Shown: positions 25,177 to 37,200 of the stretch, piece after piece | How positions within the stretch are numbered: position 1 is the first letter of the stretch | Layout of the letters: every line of letters starts with the position of its first letter | From: Paraspadella gotoi | Taxonomy: Eukaryota > Animalia > Chaetognatha | DNA: 64,000 bases | NCBI GenBank assembly: GCA_051294375.1 | Contig: CM119271.1 | Coordinates: 1,110,721-1,174,720, forward strand | Direction: 5' to 3' | The notes under the pieces: generated by a model | Databases searched by the model: none | Seen by the model: the letters and a program-made list of their open reading frames with translations, nothing else | Told to the model about the DNA's origin: nothing | Translations under genes and position numbers: made by a program

Positions 25177-25791
25177 ATTAAATAAATAAATAAAAATATA
25201 TAAAATAAAAAGCTCCCTCTCTCCCCGCACTCACGGGAGGGTCCGGGCGGACCGGGGAATCCTTTGGTTCGATATTTCCCTCGCGTCCGGCGTGCCCTTA
25301 TTAGAAAAAAAAAAGAAAAACATTAAAGAATACTCACGAACCAATTAGTAATTCCCCTCTCCGCACCCCCCCAACGCGCGACTAAAGAAAATAGCAAAAA
25401 TGATTTATTATAAACTTGTTATTATAAACTTTTTAAGGTTAAAAAAACCCGTGGATGGTTTTAATCATGACCGGTCGGCTGTCAGACTTTTTTCACGCTG
25501 CGATCGTAAATGGAAAAAAAAAAAAAAAGAGAGAAAAAAAAAGAAAACTGGGACGACAGCGTCCTCTGACGTCATCGTCCGCTTTTTCTTTTTCGATCCT
25601 CAAGGATTTTGTTTATTTATTTTTTTTTTACGAGAATACGATTTCCTTTCATCGCAGGGGTTAATAATTTTATTGTCGTCGTCGTCGTCATAAGCGATTC
25701 GTCGTAAAATCGTCGGCGTCATCGACGTCATCGTCAACATCATCGACGTCATCTTCAACATCACCAGCTCCAGCGATCGTCGACATTTTCC

Positions 25792-25851
<60 letters not shown>

Positions 25852-27282
25852 TCCTCTCTTCCTCTTCCTTCCTTCTCCCTCCCTCTCCCTTCCTCTATTC
25901 ATTTCCTTTTTTCCTTCCCTTCCTCTTTCTCTCCCCCTCCTTCCTCGCTCTCATCATCCGACCCTCATTCCCTCTCTACTCCTCTCTATATATATAATTA
26001 CAATAACAACCTAACTTGTGACCTCTGTGAAATTGATACAAAACAATGTAAAAAATAATTCTTCATTCATGAAAAAAGCTATCTGGCCTCCTGATTTTGG
26101 ACTGTCCTTTCTCCTTTCCTCGCCCCTCTCCCTTCCTCCCCTCCCTTCTTCTCCCTCTCCCTCCCCTCTTCTCCTCCGAGGCGGGACCGTAACGAAATTT
26201 AACGATTTCGAAAAATGACGGTTATGAAGGACTCGGGACTCAGCTGGGATGTCCCGAGGGTGCCCGTACCCCTGGGGATTCCTTCGATGCGCCGCTGGGA
26301 GGAGAAACACGGGAACAGGGTCTGCGTTAAGTAGCTTCGCTGTATCCTGTGTGTGTGACGACACACTGTGTGTGTGAGGGAGGCAAAGGAAATAGGTTGC
26401 TTCTGGTCTTTGGATGAATCAGTGAAGGAAGTGAGCGATCGAGACTTATCTATTTGCACACCTGATGTGATGGTTAATATTCTGCTTTTCTAAGTGCTTG
26501 AGTGAGTTATTTATAATTTCCAGCCGTGATACCTGAAGTGATGGTTGATCACTTGCCTTTTTAAGTGACATTTGAAGAGATTGGTTATTCCGGTATCTTA
26601 TTTTAAGTGAGCAGAATGATGTAATTCCTACCTAATATACTTTTAAACGCGTAAGTCATATACGCGATTGGTGTGACTCTCAATTTCGCTGGCGACGTCA
26701 ATCAGTTTGAGGCTCAAAAAACTCCCGCGCATCACTATCAAAATCTGTTTGTCTTTTATTCTTTTCCTTTAATTCGTTTTTCTGTGTGATTTAATCTTCG
26801 CCTCGCTGTGAGAAGTGAATCGATTTGGTGTGACGCGTCGAAATTCGTGAAAACCGAATATTCGAGGGTGAAACTCGCGAGATGAATTCAGTGAGGACCC
26901 AAGCTGCGAATTTTTTATATCACGTCAATTACGTCATTCGCTTCATTTTTTGTATCATATCTGAGTAATATCATTAATATTCCTCAAATTTAATTTAATT
27001 TCATTTAATTTATTCGTTCGTTCGTTCGATTCGTTCGTTCGTTCGTTCGTTCGTTCGTTCGTTCCGTTCGTTCGTTCGTTCGTTCGTTCGTTCGTCGTTC
27101 GTTCGTTCGTTCGTTCGTTCGTTCGTTCGTTCGTTAATTTTACAGTCATTTTATTCGGTCCCTTAATTATAATATTAAAAAAAATTGTTTACTGACCTCT
27201 TTTTTCCTCCTCCTCCTCCTCTTCCTCCTCCCGGTAGACAAGGCCAATCCCATCGCCGCCTCGAAAAACTTACCCCAGCCCT

Positions 27283-27340
<58 letters not shown>

Positions 27341-28323
27341 ACTCACCGGCGGTCCGTCGCGTCTCGTCCGCCCGAGCTCGCCCTTGATGCCCTTAGACCG
27401 ATATGCCGCTCGGGTTGCCCTTCTCGCCCTTGGTGCCCGTGGGGCCCGGGGGGACCTTGGCGGGCCGACGTGCCTGGAAAGCCCGGTCGTCCGGGCTCGC
27501 CCTTAGAAAAGGGGTGGAGGATGGGTAGTTTGGGGAGAAAGAAAGGTTAGAGCGAGATAAGTGACTTTGTTAACATTTATAACGAATTAAATGTGATCAT
27601 TAAATGAAGACATTAAAAATTGTTTGGATGGAACAGATTACAATCAAGTAATCGAAGTACCACAAAAATCTTGTTCGAAACAACATTTTATATCTTAAAA
27701 CTTTCTCTTCAATTTATTTCCCTTGTATTGCAATATTTTCATTATTGCTAGGTAATGTACATTTCGCATGTTAAAATTAACTTTATACTAATAAAACACT
27801 CATTATTTAAATTAAAATCTACGTCGGCTTATTTGTAAATTAATTAAAAAAATTGTTTTTTATTGTGCTTTTTTTTTTTCAATCACGTAGGTTTTTTTGT
27901 CCAGAAAAAGGGAAAGCGACATCTGGATTCGAAGACTCGAGAGAATTTTGAAAAAAAATATGGAAGAGAGGCTAATGAGTTAAAAATGGGGTTGGATTTT
28001 TTTAACAAATTTCTTTCGGATTAAGTAATCATAAGTTAAGTTTGATAATATATACGGCTAACGATGGTTTTCTTTAAATAATTATTACGTCAAATGTTTC
28101 GAAAAAAAAAGGTATATAGGCTATCATACTATCTAATATTAAAAATAATGAATATTAAATAGATAACATTTACATATTTGAGATAATAGCGAATTCGAAT
28201 TCGAATTGGATATCGAATTTTTGTGTACCTTAGTTCCGTTGCAGCCGTCAGACCGCGAGGGCCTCTGAGTCCAGGTGGCCCTTGTAGACCCTGAAAAAAA
28301 AGGGGAAAAAAGGCCTGTTAAAC

Positions 28324-28388
<65 letters not shown>

Positions 28389-28574
28389 TCCTCTCTCTCT
28401 CACGTTCAATCGTACTGCCTTTTTTAGCCAGAAAGTTTTTGTTAAAAAATAAAAAAAAGAGTTTAAAAAAATAATTAAAAAAAAGGAGCGAAAAAAAAAA
28501 GAAGTTAACAAACATACTCTGGGCAAAATTAATACTCCTGGTACACAGCTCTTCTGAAGGTTTCTCACAGTTGC

Positions 28575-28632
<58 letters not shown>

Positions 28633-30367
28633 GTCTAGGGAATCACTGGATCCAATTGTTTTGTTTTCATTTTTCGATTCTGGTTTCCACATTTTCTCAC
28701 TTGAATCTCAGGTGATTCTTGTTTTCGTTCGTCTGTCGGTCTGTCAGTCTGTCAGTCTGTCTGTATGCGTGGACAATTGTTTTATATGTATTACGTAAGC
28801 TTTAAACGACATAAGATAACCGCCTTGGACAGTCGCTACTTGAGACAGTATCCAAGTCATAAAAAAAAATGTATAATGAAAATATAATGATAATATAAAA
28901 TATAAATATAAGAAAAATTAAAAAACCTTCACAAGTACTCACTGAATTCAGGTTGATGCTGGAAAATCCGGGCCGCCCATTTTCCCCTGGAAACAAGGCG
29001 GAAATTAAAGTGCAATTTAGTTTTATTTACGTTGATTTAATTATGACCGCGAAGAAAAAAGAAATTTCGCCACTTTAATTTAAAATCAAATAAAATAATG
29101 TAATCAAAATTAAAAGTTTTGTGATTCATAAACTGTCTTCATTGATATGGGAAAAAAAGAGATACTAAATTCCATTCTCTAAGTCTCTCACAATTTTCGA
29201 TCTCCTCAACTCACCCGATCTCCTTTGGGCCGCTGCGACCCGACGCCCGGGTCACCTTTTCCCTTCTTCTCTTGAGGCCTTCGGGACCAGGAGTACTTTC
29301 TGCCTTTCCCGCGAGTCCTTGGTCGCCGGGGCCGCCCTGGGTAATAGGGAAGAGGGAAAGCGTAGGTAATTATATTGATTGATCGATTGATTATGTTAAG
29401 ATGACTTAATTGATTGACTCTTTAGCGATTCGCTAAATATAATATTGCTAATATAGCAAGACCCTGAAGTTTGATATTATTTATTTATTACTTATTTATT
29501 TTTTAATTTTAGATTATTATCTTATTAATATGATTTTATTTAATTATTATCTTATTGGAATAGTGTAGCCTAAACGATTAGATTGATGACGGAAATATAA
29601 AACACAAAAATAATCGTTATGAAACACACAGGAACGAATTTGAAGAAAAGAAAGAGAGAGAGAGAGAAGAGAAGAGAGAGAAGAGAAGAGAAGAGAGAGA
29701 GAGAGGAGAAGAGAGAGAGGAAAGAGAGAGAAGAGCAGCGAACGAGTTGTTGTTTTAACGATCGGATGAAACAAAAAAAAAGACGTTGGCGGGTGTTTTT
29801 TGTTACGTCAAGATCGCATTCAAAGGTTTAAAAAATATGAGGTTGGAGAAAGGAGGGGGAGGTGGAGAAGGAAGGAGAGAGAAGGAGAGGGATAGAAGAG
29901 AGACGAGAAGAGATGAGAGAGAAGAGAGGAGATTAGAGAATAAAAAAAAGGGGCTCTCGTATCCGCCATCAACGAGGGGATCTACCTCTAAATTTTCAAG
30001 CGCCACCGAGAGTCGAATGATTAATTCTATCGAATGGCGACAAAAAACATCGGGCTCATAGCGTTCCTTGTTTTTTTTTATTTTTGTTTCTCTTCTTTTT
30101 TCAGGTTTCGATCTCGTTTTCACCGTCTGTTTCTTTTTGTTTTTTTAGTTTTTTTTTACGTTTGTGGTTTTTTTTTGATCGTCATTCGCTAACCGCGTTT
30201 GTTTTTTAGTTTCGTTGACGCTTTGCATCTTTAACTTTTTCTTCCTTCTGTCTATCTTTTTCGTTCCTTCTTCCATTACTTCTATTCATTATTAATTCAT
30301 CATTTATTTATTTATTATATTTATTTATTATTTTATTATTTATTTATTTATTTTATTTATTTATTTT

Positions 30368-30398
<31 letters not shown>

Positions 30399-30420
30399 TT
30401 ATTTATTTATTTATTGATTT

Positions 30421-30459
<39 letters not shown>

Positions 30460-31888
30460 GTCTTATCTTTCTTTCTTTCTTTTCTTTCTTTTCTTTCTTT
30501 CATCTCCACTATCTCTGAATTGTAAACCACCCTACCTTTAATCCTGAAAACGGAATCGATAAATATCGATTGATGCCCCAAAATTAATTTTCAAATTTTT
30601 TCCGCCGATGAATTTTGATTTTGATTTTTTGATCCTAAACTCGTGACTGATTCACAAGACGCCAACGCGATAAATCTAAGGGGAAAGCTTTGGGCCGACG
30701 GGGGGCGTTATAGGGGTTTAAAGAGTAGATGTAAGGCTTAGGTGGTAAGGCGTATGGGGTAAGGAAGGAAAGAGGAAGAGAAAGGAGAAAGAAAAAAAAG
30801 AAACAAGATAGGATTTTCATCCAATGTGTTGCCGCCACTGAGACGCTTTATTTTCGCCGTTATATTTCTCGTGACATGTCCATAACATTGATTGTGATAT
30901 AAAACATGGGGGGGAACCCATAAAAAAACAAACGGCGGGGGGAAAAAAAAACAATGACATTTTTTTTTTAAAAAAAATACATGACTACAATTAACTTTCT
31001 TAGCCGTGTGTATTTTATGACATGCACTGCAGCGAAATCTCCGTCTTTTATTCTTTACAGTTTTAGGATTTCCTGAGGCGGCGCGAGCAGTCCCTTACAT
31101 TTGAGGTTTTTTCAGTCTTAACACAATGAGATACTAACTATAAAACTATTGTTATATGTATGTAGGACAGACTGATGGAACAGACATACCGACCGACATA
31201 CCGACCGAAATGTTGACTTATAGAGTTTGCTCCGCAAGTACTCGCGGCTCGCAACTAAAAAGGGAATAAGGAAAGAATTAAAAAGGAGAGGGAAACAAGG
31301 AGATTGAAAAGGGAAAATAAAGAAGGAAAAGGAGACAAGGAAAAGGGGCAAGTTAGTAGAATGGATTCCTACCTCATTTAAATTAAAGCCGGATATATAA
31401 ATATCATTATATTGTTATCATTATATTATCGTTATATTATCATATTATATGAGCTTTTCATGCCGGATGAATTCGGTTTTTTTTGTCTATTTCAGTTGCA
31501 ACGGACCAAATGTTAATTTATGTCTGAGAGGAACGGCCGCAGCCAAGTTATTTCTCGCTTGATGTGAAACAAAACACAGAATGCTCTCAGTTCGAGAGAA
31601 AACAAAAGTCCCTTGACACAGATTCTGGAAAATCAATGATTGACTTTAATAGTTCGTATTAACGCTGCTTTTTGAAGACGAGGTCACTGAGATATCTGGA
31701 TAATGGATTTATACTGGTTAGTCGCTTTATAAATTTCCGAATGAAAGGTTTTCTTACAACAAACCCTCTTACTATTGAACTTCTGAAATAATTACAATGC
31801 CTGATAATGTCCTTAACATTTTAGAAGGATTGCTTCGCTAAAAATTTATAATTATAATTATAATTATGAATTTTTTACGATAATTTAT

Positions 31889-31920
<32 letters not shown>

Positions 31921-31926
31921 AATAAT

Positions 31927-31963
<37 letters not shown>

Positions 31964-33249
31964 TTATAATTTATAACTTATTAATTTATAACTTTATAAT
32001 TTTTTACATAATTTCCGATAATTAGCAGAAGTTGAGCACTTTCCAAGCATCTGTACTTTTTCCCTCACCCTTCCTTACCATGCGATCCCTTTTCGCCCAC
32101 GCAAGAAGAAGCAGCCTCTTCCGTTATTGCATCCCGTCCGCCCGCCATTCACCTTTTGCCACCTTTTCCCACGGTGCCCGCCGCCGCCAGCGCCGCGCCG
32201 CCGCCTGCGCCCGCCGCTGCCGCCGCTGCCGCCGTCCCTCTGTCTGGGGGTCGATCCGCCTCTGATGTTGATAGAATGGGCGTGGCGGTAGTGAGTGGGA
32301 GGTGAGTGGTGAGGCGTTTTCAGTTTCGCAGGTTAGATTAGGCGAGGTTGAGTAATTTTAAGGCGTAAGGAGGGTAAGGAACCAAGTTTCGGATGGAAGG
32401 TAAGAGTGCATTTTATGGGGAAAAAAGAAAAAATAAAAAAAATAATCGTTATAAAGAATTTTTTTATTTAATTGTCTCTCGCGCGAATAAATATTTAAAA
32501 GCTATCACGAAAGTGCTGAGGCTACTTGCTGTACCATGTGAGAATATACTTATGCCGAGGTAGTAAAAAGAAATTTATGCAGCTAAACTATTTTTGTTTA
32601 GGCTAGAAAAAGAATTTAAAATCACTGCTTGAACGATCAGGAGCGCAACAGTGAAAAATAGGTTTTATTATTTAAGATGAGATGTATGTAAAGATATATT
32701 GATATATTTAACATCTTGGACTCTCTTCTCTCTTCTCTCTTTGTTTTTTTTTCATCCAATATTACTTGTTGAGAATGATTCAATTTCTATTCTTAAACTG
32801 TTTCATAATCACGTTCATAACGTTTTTAACAGTTGTAGCTCTTTAAATCTTTTTTAGTAATTTTGATAATTTTTCCTTTTTTTAGGTATCAACCTACTAA
32901 TCTCTCTCTTTNNNNNNNNNNNNNNNNNNNNNNNNNCTATTTTTTTTCTTGTTTATTTATTTGATTTCATTTTTTTAAAATTTTTTAGAACTTTTTTAAA
33001 TTTGTTTTTTATTTTAAATTTATTTTTGTTATCAATCTTCACGTCATTTGTTTCTCCGATATTTGTTTAAAACAATACGCCCTGAGTCGATATCAAAAAG
33101 CTATGTGATCTCACATAGATCTTTTACAAAAAAAAGTATATTTAAAGTAACAAAGTAATTTTAAATATATTATTTCAAGCGATACAAAAATGTTTATTTT
33201 TCAAATTAACACTTTATTTTTCGTTTCATATACCCCACAAAATGCCCTT

Positions 33250-33304
<55 letters not shown>

Positions 33305-34231
33305 TCCATTGTCCACTTATGCCTTTATCATGACATTAAATAAAAGGGCACTCAAGGCCTGCCGGGCTTCGCCGGTCCCAAGGGCAACATGGGAGTCGGG
33401 TTCCAAGGTGCTCCCGGAGAGATAGGGGACCCCGGTCCCAGGGGTCCGCCCGGCCCACCGGGTTCCGGGGAGTTATCGGGCCCGACGACAACGATCACGG
33501 GGCCGCAGGGGCCGCCGGGAGATCGCGGCCCGATCGGCATGAAGGGGGAGCCGGGCCCGAGGGGGTTCGACGGTCCGCCTGGGCTGGCCGTAAGTTGTCT
33601 AAGAGGGGGAAACGCCGAAGCTCTCTCACCATGTGGAATCGAATGGAAAATATTGAATAGAGTGGAACATTTTTGATTTATTAAAATTGATTTAGAATAA
33701 AAAATAATTTAAAATATTTAGAAAAATTTAGTTTTTAAAAATATAAAATTAGTAAAACCAAAGTTTTAATTGCAAGAGATAATTTTATTTTAACTATGAG
33801 CCTAACATAAAGAAAAGAAAAATTGTTACTTGTGATTTATTTAAACTTAAGATTCAATAAATAAAAACAGAATACAAAATTTAAAAAAAAATAATATCAC
33901 ACTCCACTTCAATCTTCTTTTCCCGATGATGCAAAAAAGAGAGCGCGCGGAAAATAAGCAAGAAAGTTTCCCCTTCCGATTCTTTCATTGCTGTGTAATC
34001 AAAAGACAAAAAGCATGGAATCTTTTTTTTCTCTCCTTTTATTTTCTTCCCAATTTTACCCGGAGCTGTTCCATACATTTTAGTTCCAAATATTACTACA
34101 ATATTCATCGTTTCCCCAAATCGTCATGTCAAATGACTACATATTTATTCGAATTTATATATGAACAAATCTTTCCTGTCAGATATATTCATGCATTTAT
34201 TTTCCCGTAATAACCGAATCCTTTTCGTCCA

Positions 34232-34299
<68 letters not shown>

Positions 34300-37200
34300 A
34301 TGCTACCTCCTCTTCTCCACCCCTTTCCAAAAAAAGGGTCCGCGAGGCTATCCAGGGTTATTGGGTCCGAAAGGTAACATGGGAATTGGTTACGAAGGAG
34401 CCAAGGGCGAGGTGGGCGACCCGGGCATTCGCGGCCCGCCCGGTCCGCCGGGCAAGTTCGAAGCGGTCAAGGGGACGAGCGTCACCGTCGTGGGTCCACC
34501 GGGTGAGCCGGGCAGTCGAGGTCCGCCCGGCGACTCCGGGATGAAAGGCCCGCGTGGGTTTAAGGGGAACCGTGGGTTGGACGTAAGTTGCTCTTGTTTT
34601 CTACGCGTGCGTGCGTGCGCTAAAGCGTACGTCCGCGCTTTCGTACGCACGCCTTGATTCCTTCTCACTTCCGGCAGAGATGGCGCGCGGTTGAGATGTT
34701 GCTGGAGTAGATGGCGTTGAGAGAGATTCAAGGAAAAATATTCATGAACAAAAGACATTCATAAACAAAATCGATGCTCAAATTGGTTTAAAAAAAGCTA
34801 AGTTAACGGAGATATATGCTATCAATATAACCTCAGACTCTACAAGAAAACCTTGGATGATAAGATTTATATTTTTAAAAAAATGTTTTAAATAGAACCG
34901 CGATTTCTATCAATGTTGTTTGACCCCGCGCGCCATCTAAATTATGACTTGGCACAGATCCGATGCCCGTCGCTATCGTAGATTTTAGTAAAGCTTCTAA
35001 TTTTAGAAACGGTCGATCAAAAAGGTGTCAACTTAAATTTTAGTAGAAATCTTTCTCCTGGTTGATTCGTCTATCTGTCATTTCGGATTTTTTATCTTAA
35101 CTTTTAAAAAAGATCCTTTTCATTTCTTTCATTTCATCATTACATGTATTTGGATAAAATGATAATTAGGTTTTTTCTAATTTTATTACGAAAAAATTAA
35201 CAAAAAAAAGGTCCAATCAGTAACAATCGTTTCTCTTCAAAATGTAGCTGATTTTCTTTCATTTCCGGATTAAGTCTAAGATCGTGAATGTTAACATAGA
35301 TTTAAAAAAATGGCAGATCTTTCCGTTTTATATAATTGAATTTCTATAACTACAAATAAGAGTTAATTTTTTTTTAAATCTATAACAATTTTAAATGACT
35401 AAGAACTTATTATTATTTTTTTATACTTTTGATAAATTAATATTTTAATAATAAAAAACGGAATGGGATTAAGCCTTGCAATAGAAGAAAATTAGAATTT
35501 TTAACGCTCGAGAAACTTGACCAAATTAAATTCTGTCTCAAGATATAAAGGTAAGAAACTTACTGTCTTTTGTCGTTTTGGCCTCTTGCCAGAGCACTTG
35601 TTCCAAGATACCTTCAACAGAATTATTTTCTGTTATATCGTCGCTGTATTGAGGTTTTTCAACCTCATTTCAACTTCAAAATATTCGCGTCACGTTAGTT
35701 TATTTATATAAAATAATAAAAAAAATAGCGTCCGGCCGATCTCTCCTTTTTTAAACAAAAATTGTCCACATTATTTTCTAAAATGTAAAAAAATTTAACT
35801 GTTCCCTTCAGGGAGGTCCCGGCTACCCTGGTTTATCTGGACCCAAAGGGAATGTAGGAGTGGGTTTCGAGGGGAGTCCCGGGGATCCGGGCCCGCCTGG
35901 CCCTCCCGGTCCTCCAGGTCCCAGGGGTTACGGGTTTGGGTCTTCCCCTCAGACGGCCTTGGTTGGCCCCCCGGGGCCCAAAGGGGATAGAGGGTACCCT
36001 GGGGCAAAGGGGGATTCTGGGTCCAGAGGATATCGAGGAAATGATGGATCTCCTGTAAGTGGCCCCAAAGTTCTCGTTGGAAACAATGGCACTTTATCAT
36101 AGGATACACGATGGGCTTTATTATTTATCAATATTTATCAAAAAAATTATGTGTATGTTATAAGTTTTAGGAATAATTATATTAAATAAAAGGACAAAAT
36201 AAAAACTAAAAGCTCATTCAAACAATTTATTCATTTATTATTTATTAAAAAAAGTTCCCTTCTGGAAAAAGACAAATTTTTTTTATAAAATTTCTTCAGG
36301 GCTACCAAGGGCTGCAGGGATTGCCCGGTCCCAAAGGGAATATGGGCATAGGTTACGAAGGGGCTAAGGGCGATCCTGGTCACCCCGGTCCTCCGGGTCC
36401 CCCCGGTGACCCAGGTTTCGGAGCCGGGGTCTCCGGACCCTCAACGACCGTTTTCGGTCCAAAGGGTGTCCAAGGAGACCCAGGCATCCCTGGGGAGAAA
36501 GGGGACTCCGGGCCGCGGGGTTATCAAGGACCCCCCGGTATTCCTGTAAGTTCGTTCGCCTCTCCTCTATTTAAGCCATGGGACAGGCGTACCCTAACTA
36601 TTAGACTTAATTTTTTTTGTTGTTATCATACTAGACTTAACTAAAAAAAACCAACAAAAAATTTATTCGTGTTTTGTTTTTCTTTCTAAAAAAAAACAAA
36701 AACAACCAAACAACTGCACTCCTATATCCTTGGAATAAAAAAAAACAAGGGAATTCAAGGATTAGCCGGTCCGGCCGGGGAAAGGGGCTATCCTGGCTTG
36801 TCCAAAGAAGGTGAGAAGGGAGATCCGGGCCCGCCTGGCCTCTCGGGACCGCCCGGTCCGGCCTCCTCCAGCCCGCTCAAGGGCAGCAACGTCACTGTCA
36901 TCATGGGGCCCAAGGGGCTCAAGGGCGACGAAGGCCCCGAGGGGGAGAAAGGGGACGCAGGAGAACGAGGTTTCCCCGGTTCTAACGGGATCGCCGTAAG
37001 TTGATCTTTTTTTTTTTCAAGCTTGGAGCGACGCCTAGCGAGTATGAGATGATGTTGGGGGAAAAAAAGAGCATTGAACTTGTAAAAATTAGTTTTTATG
37101 AGTTGTAAAGATTAATCTTTATCCATGGATATTACGTTGATGAATTTTTATATGAATTAATGTGAGGAAATTAAATTGTTCCTATATGAGTTTTTTTTAA

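Larger units (their letters stand above)
16235..32730. repeat. Large inverted duplication: arms about 16235-24773 and 25372-32730; probable assembly fold-back
   Basis: Reverse-complement copies of exons appear at 32079-32261, 28229-28290 and 27346-27501, together with their introns and microsatellites. The right arm has numerous 1-bp indels. Confidence 0.92.

Noticed and set aside
24730-25230. 166-aa hydrophobic YLFI ORF
   Set aside because: Translation of a (TTTA)n microsatellite.
27346-32261. Minus-strand collagen exons as a second, antisense collagen IV gene
   Set aside because: Near-identical inverted copies of the same exons and introns, not a paralogue.
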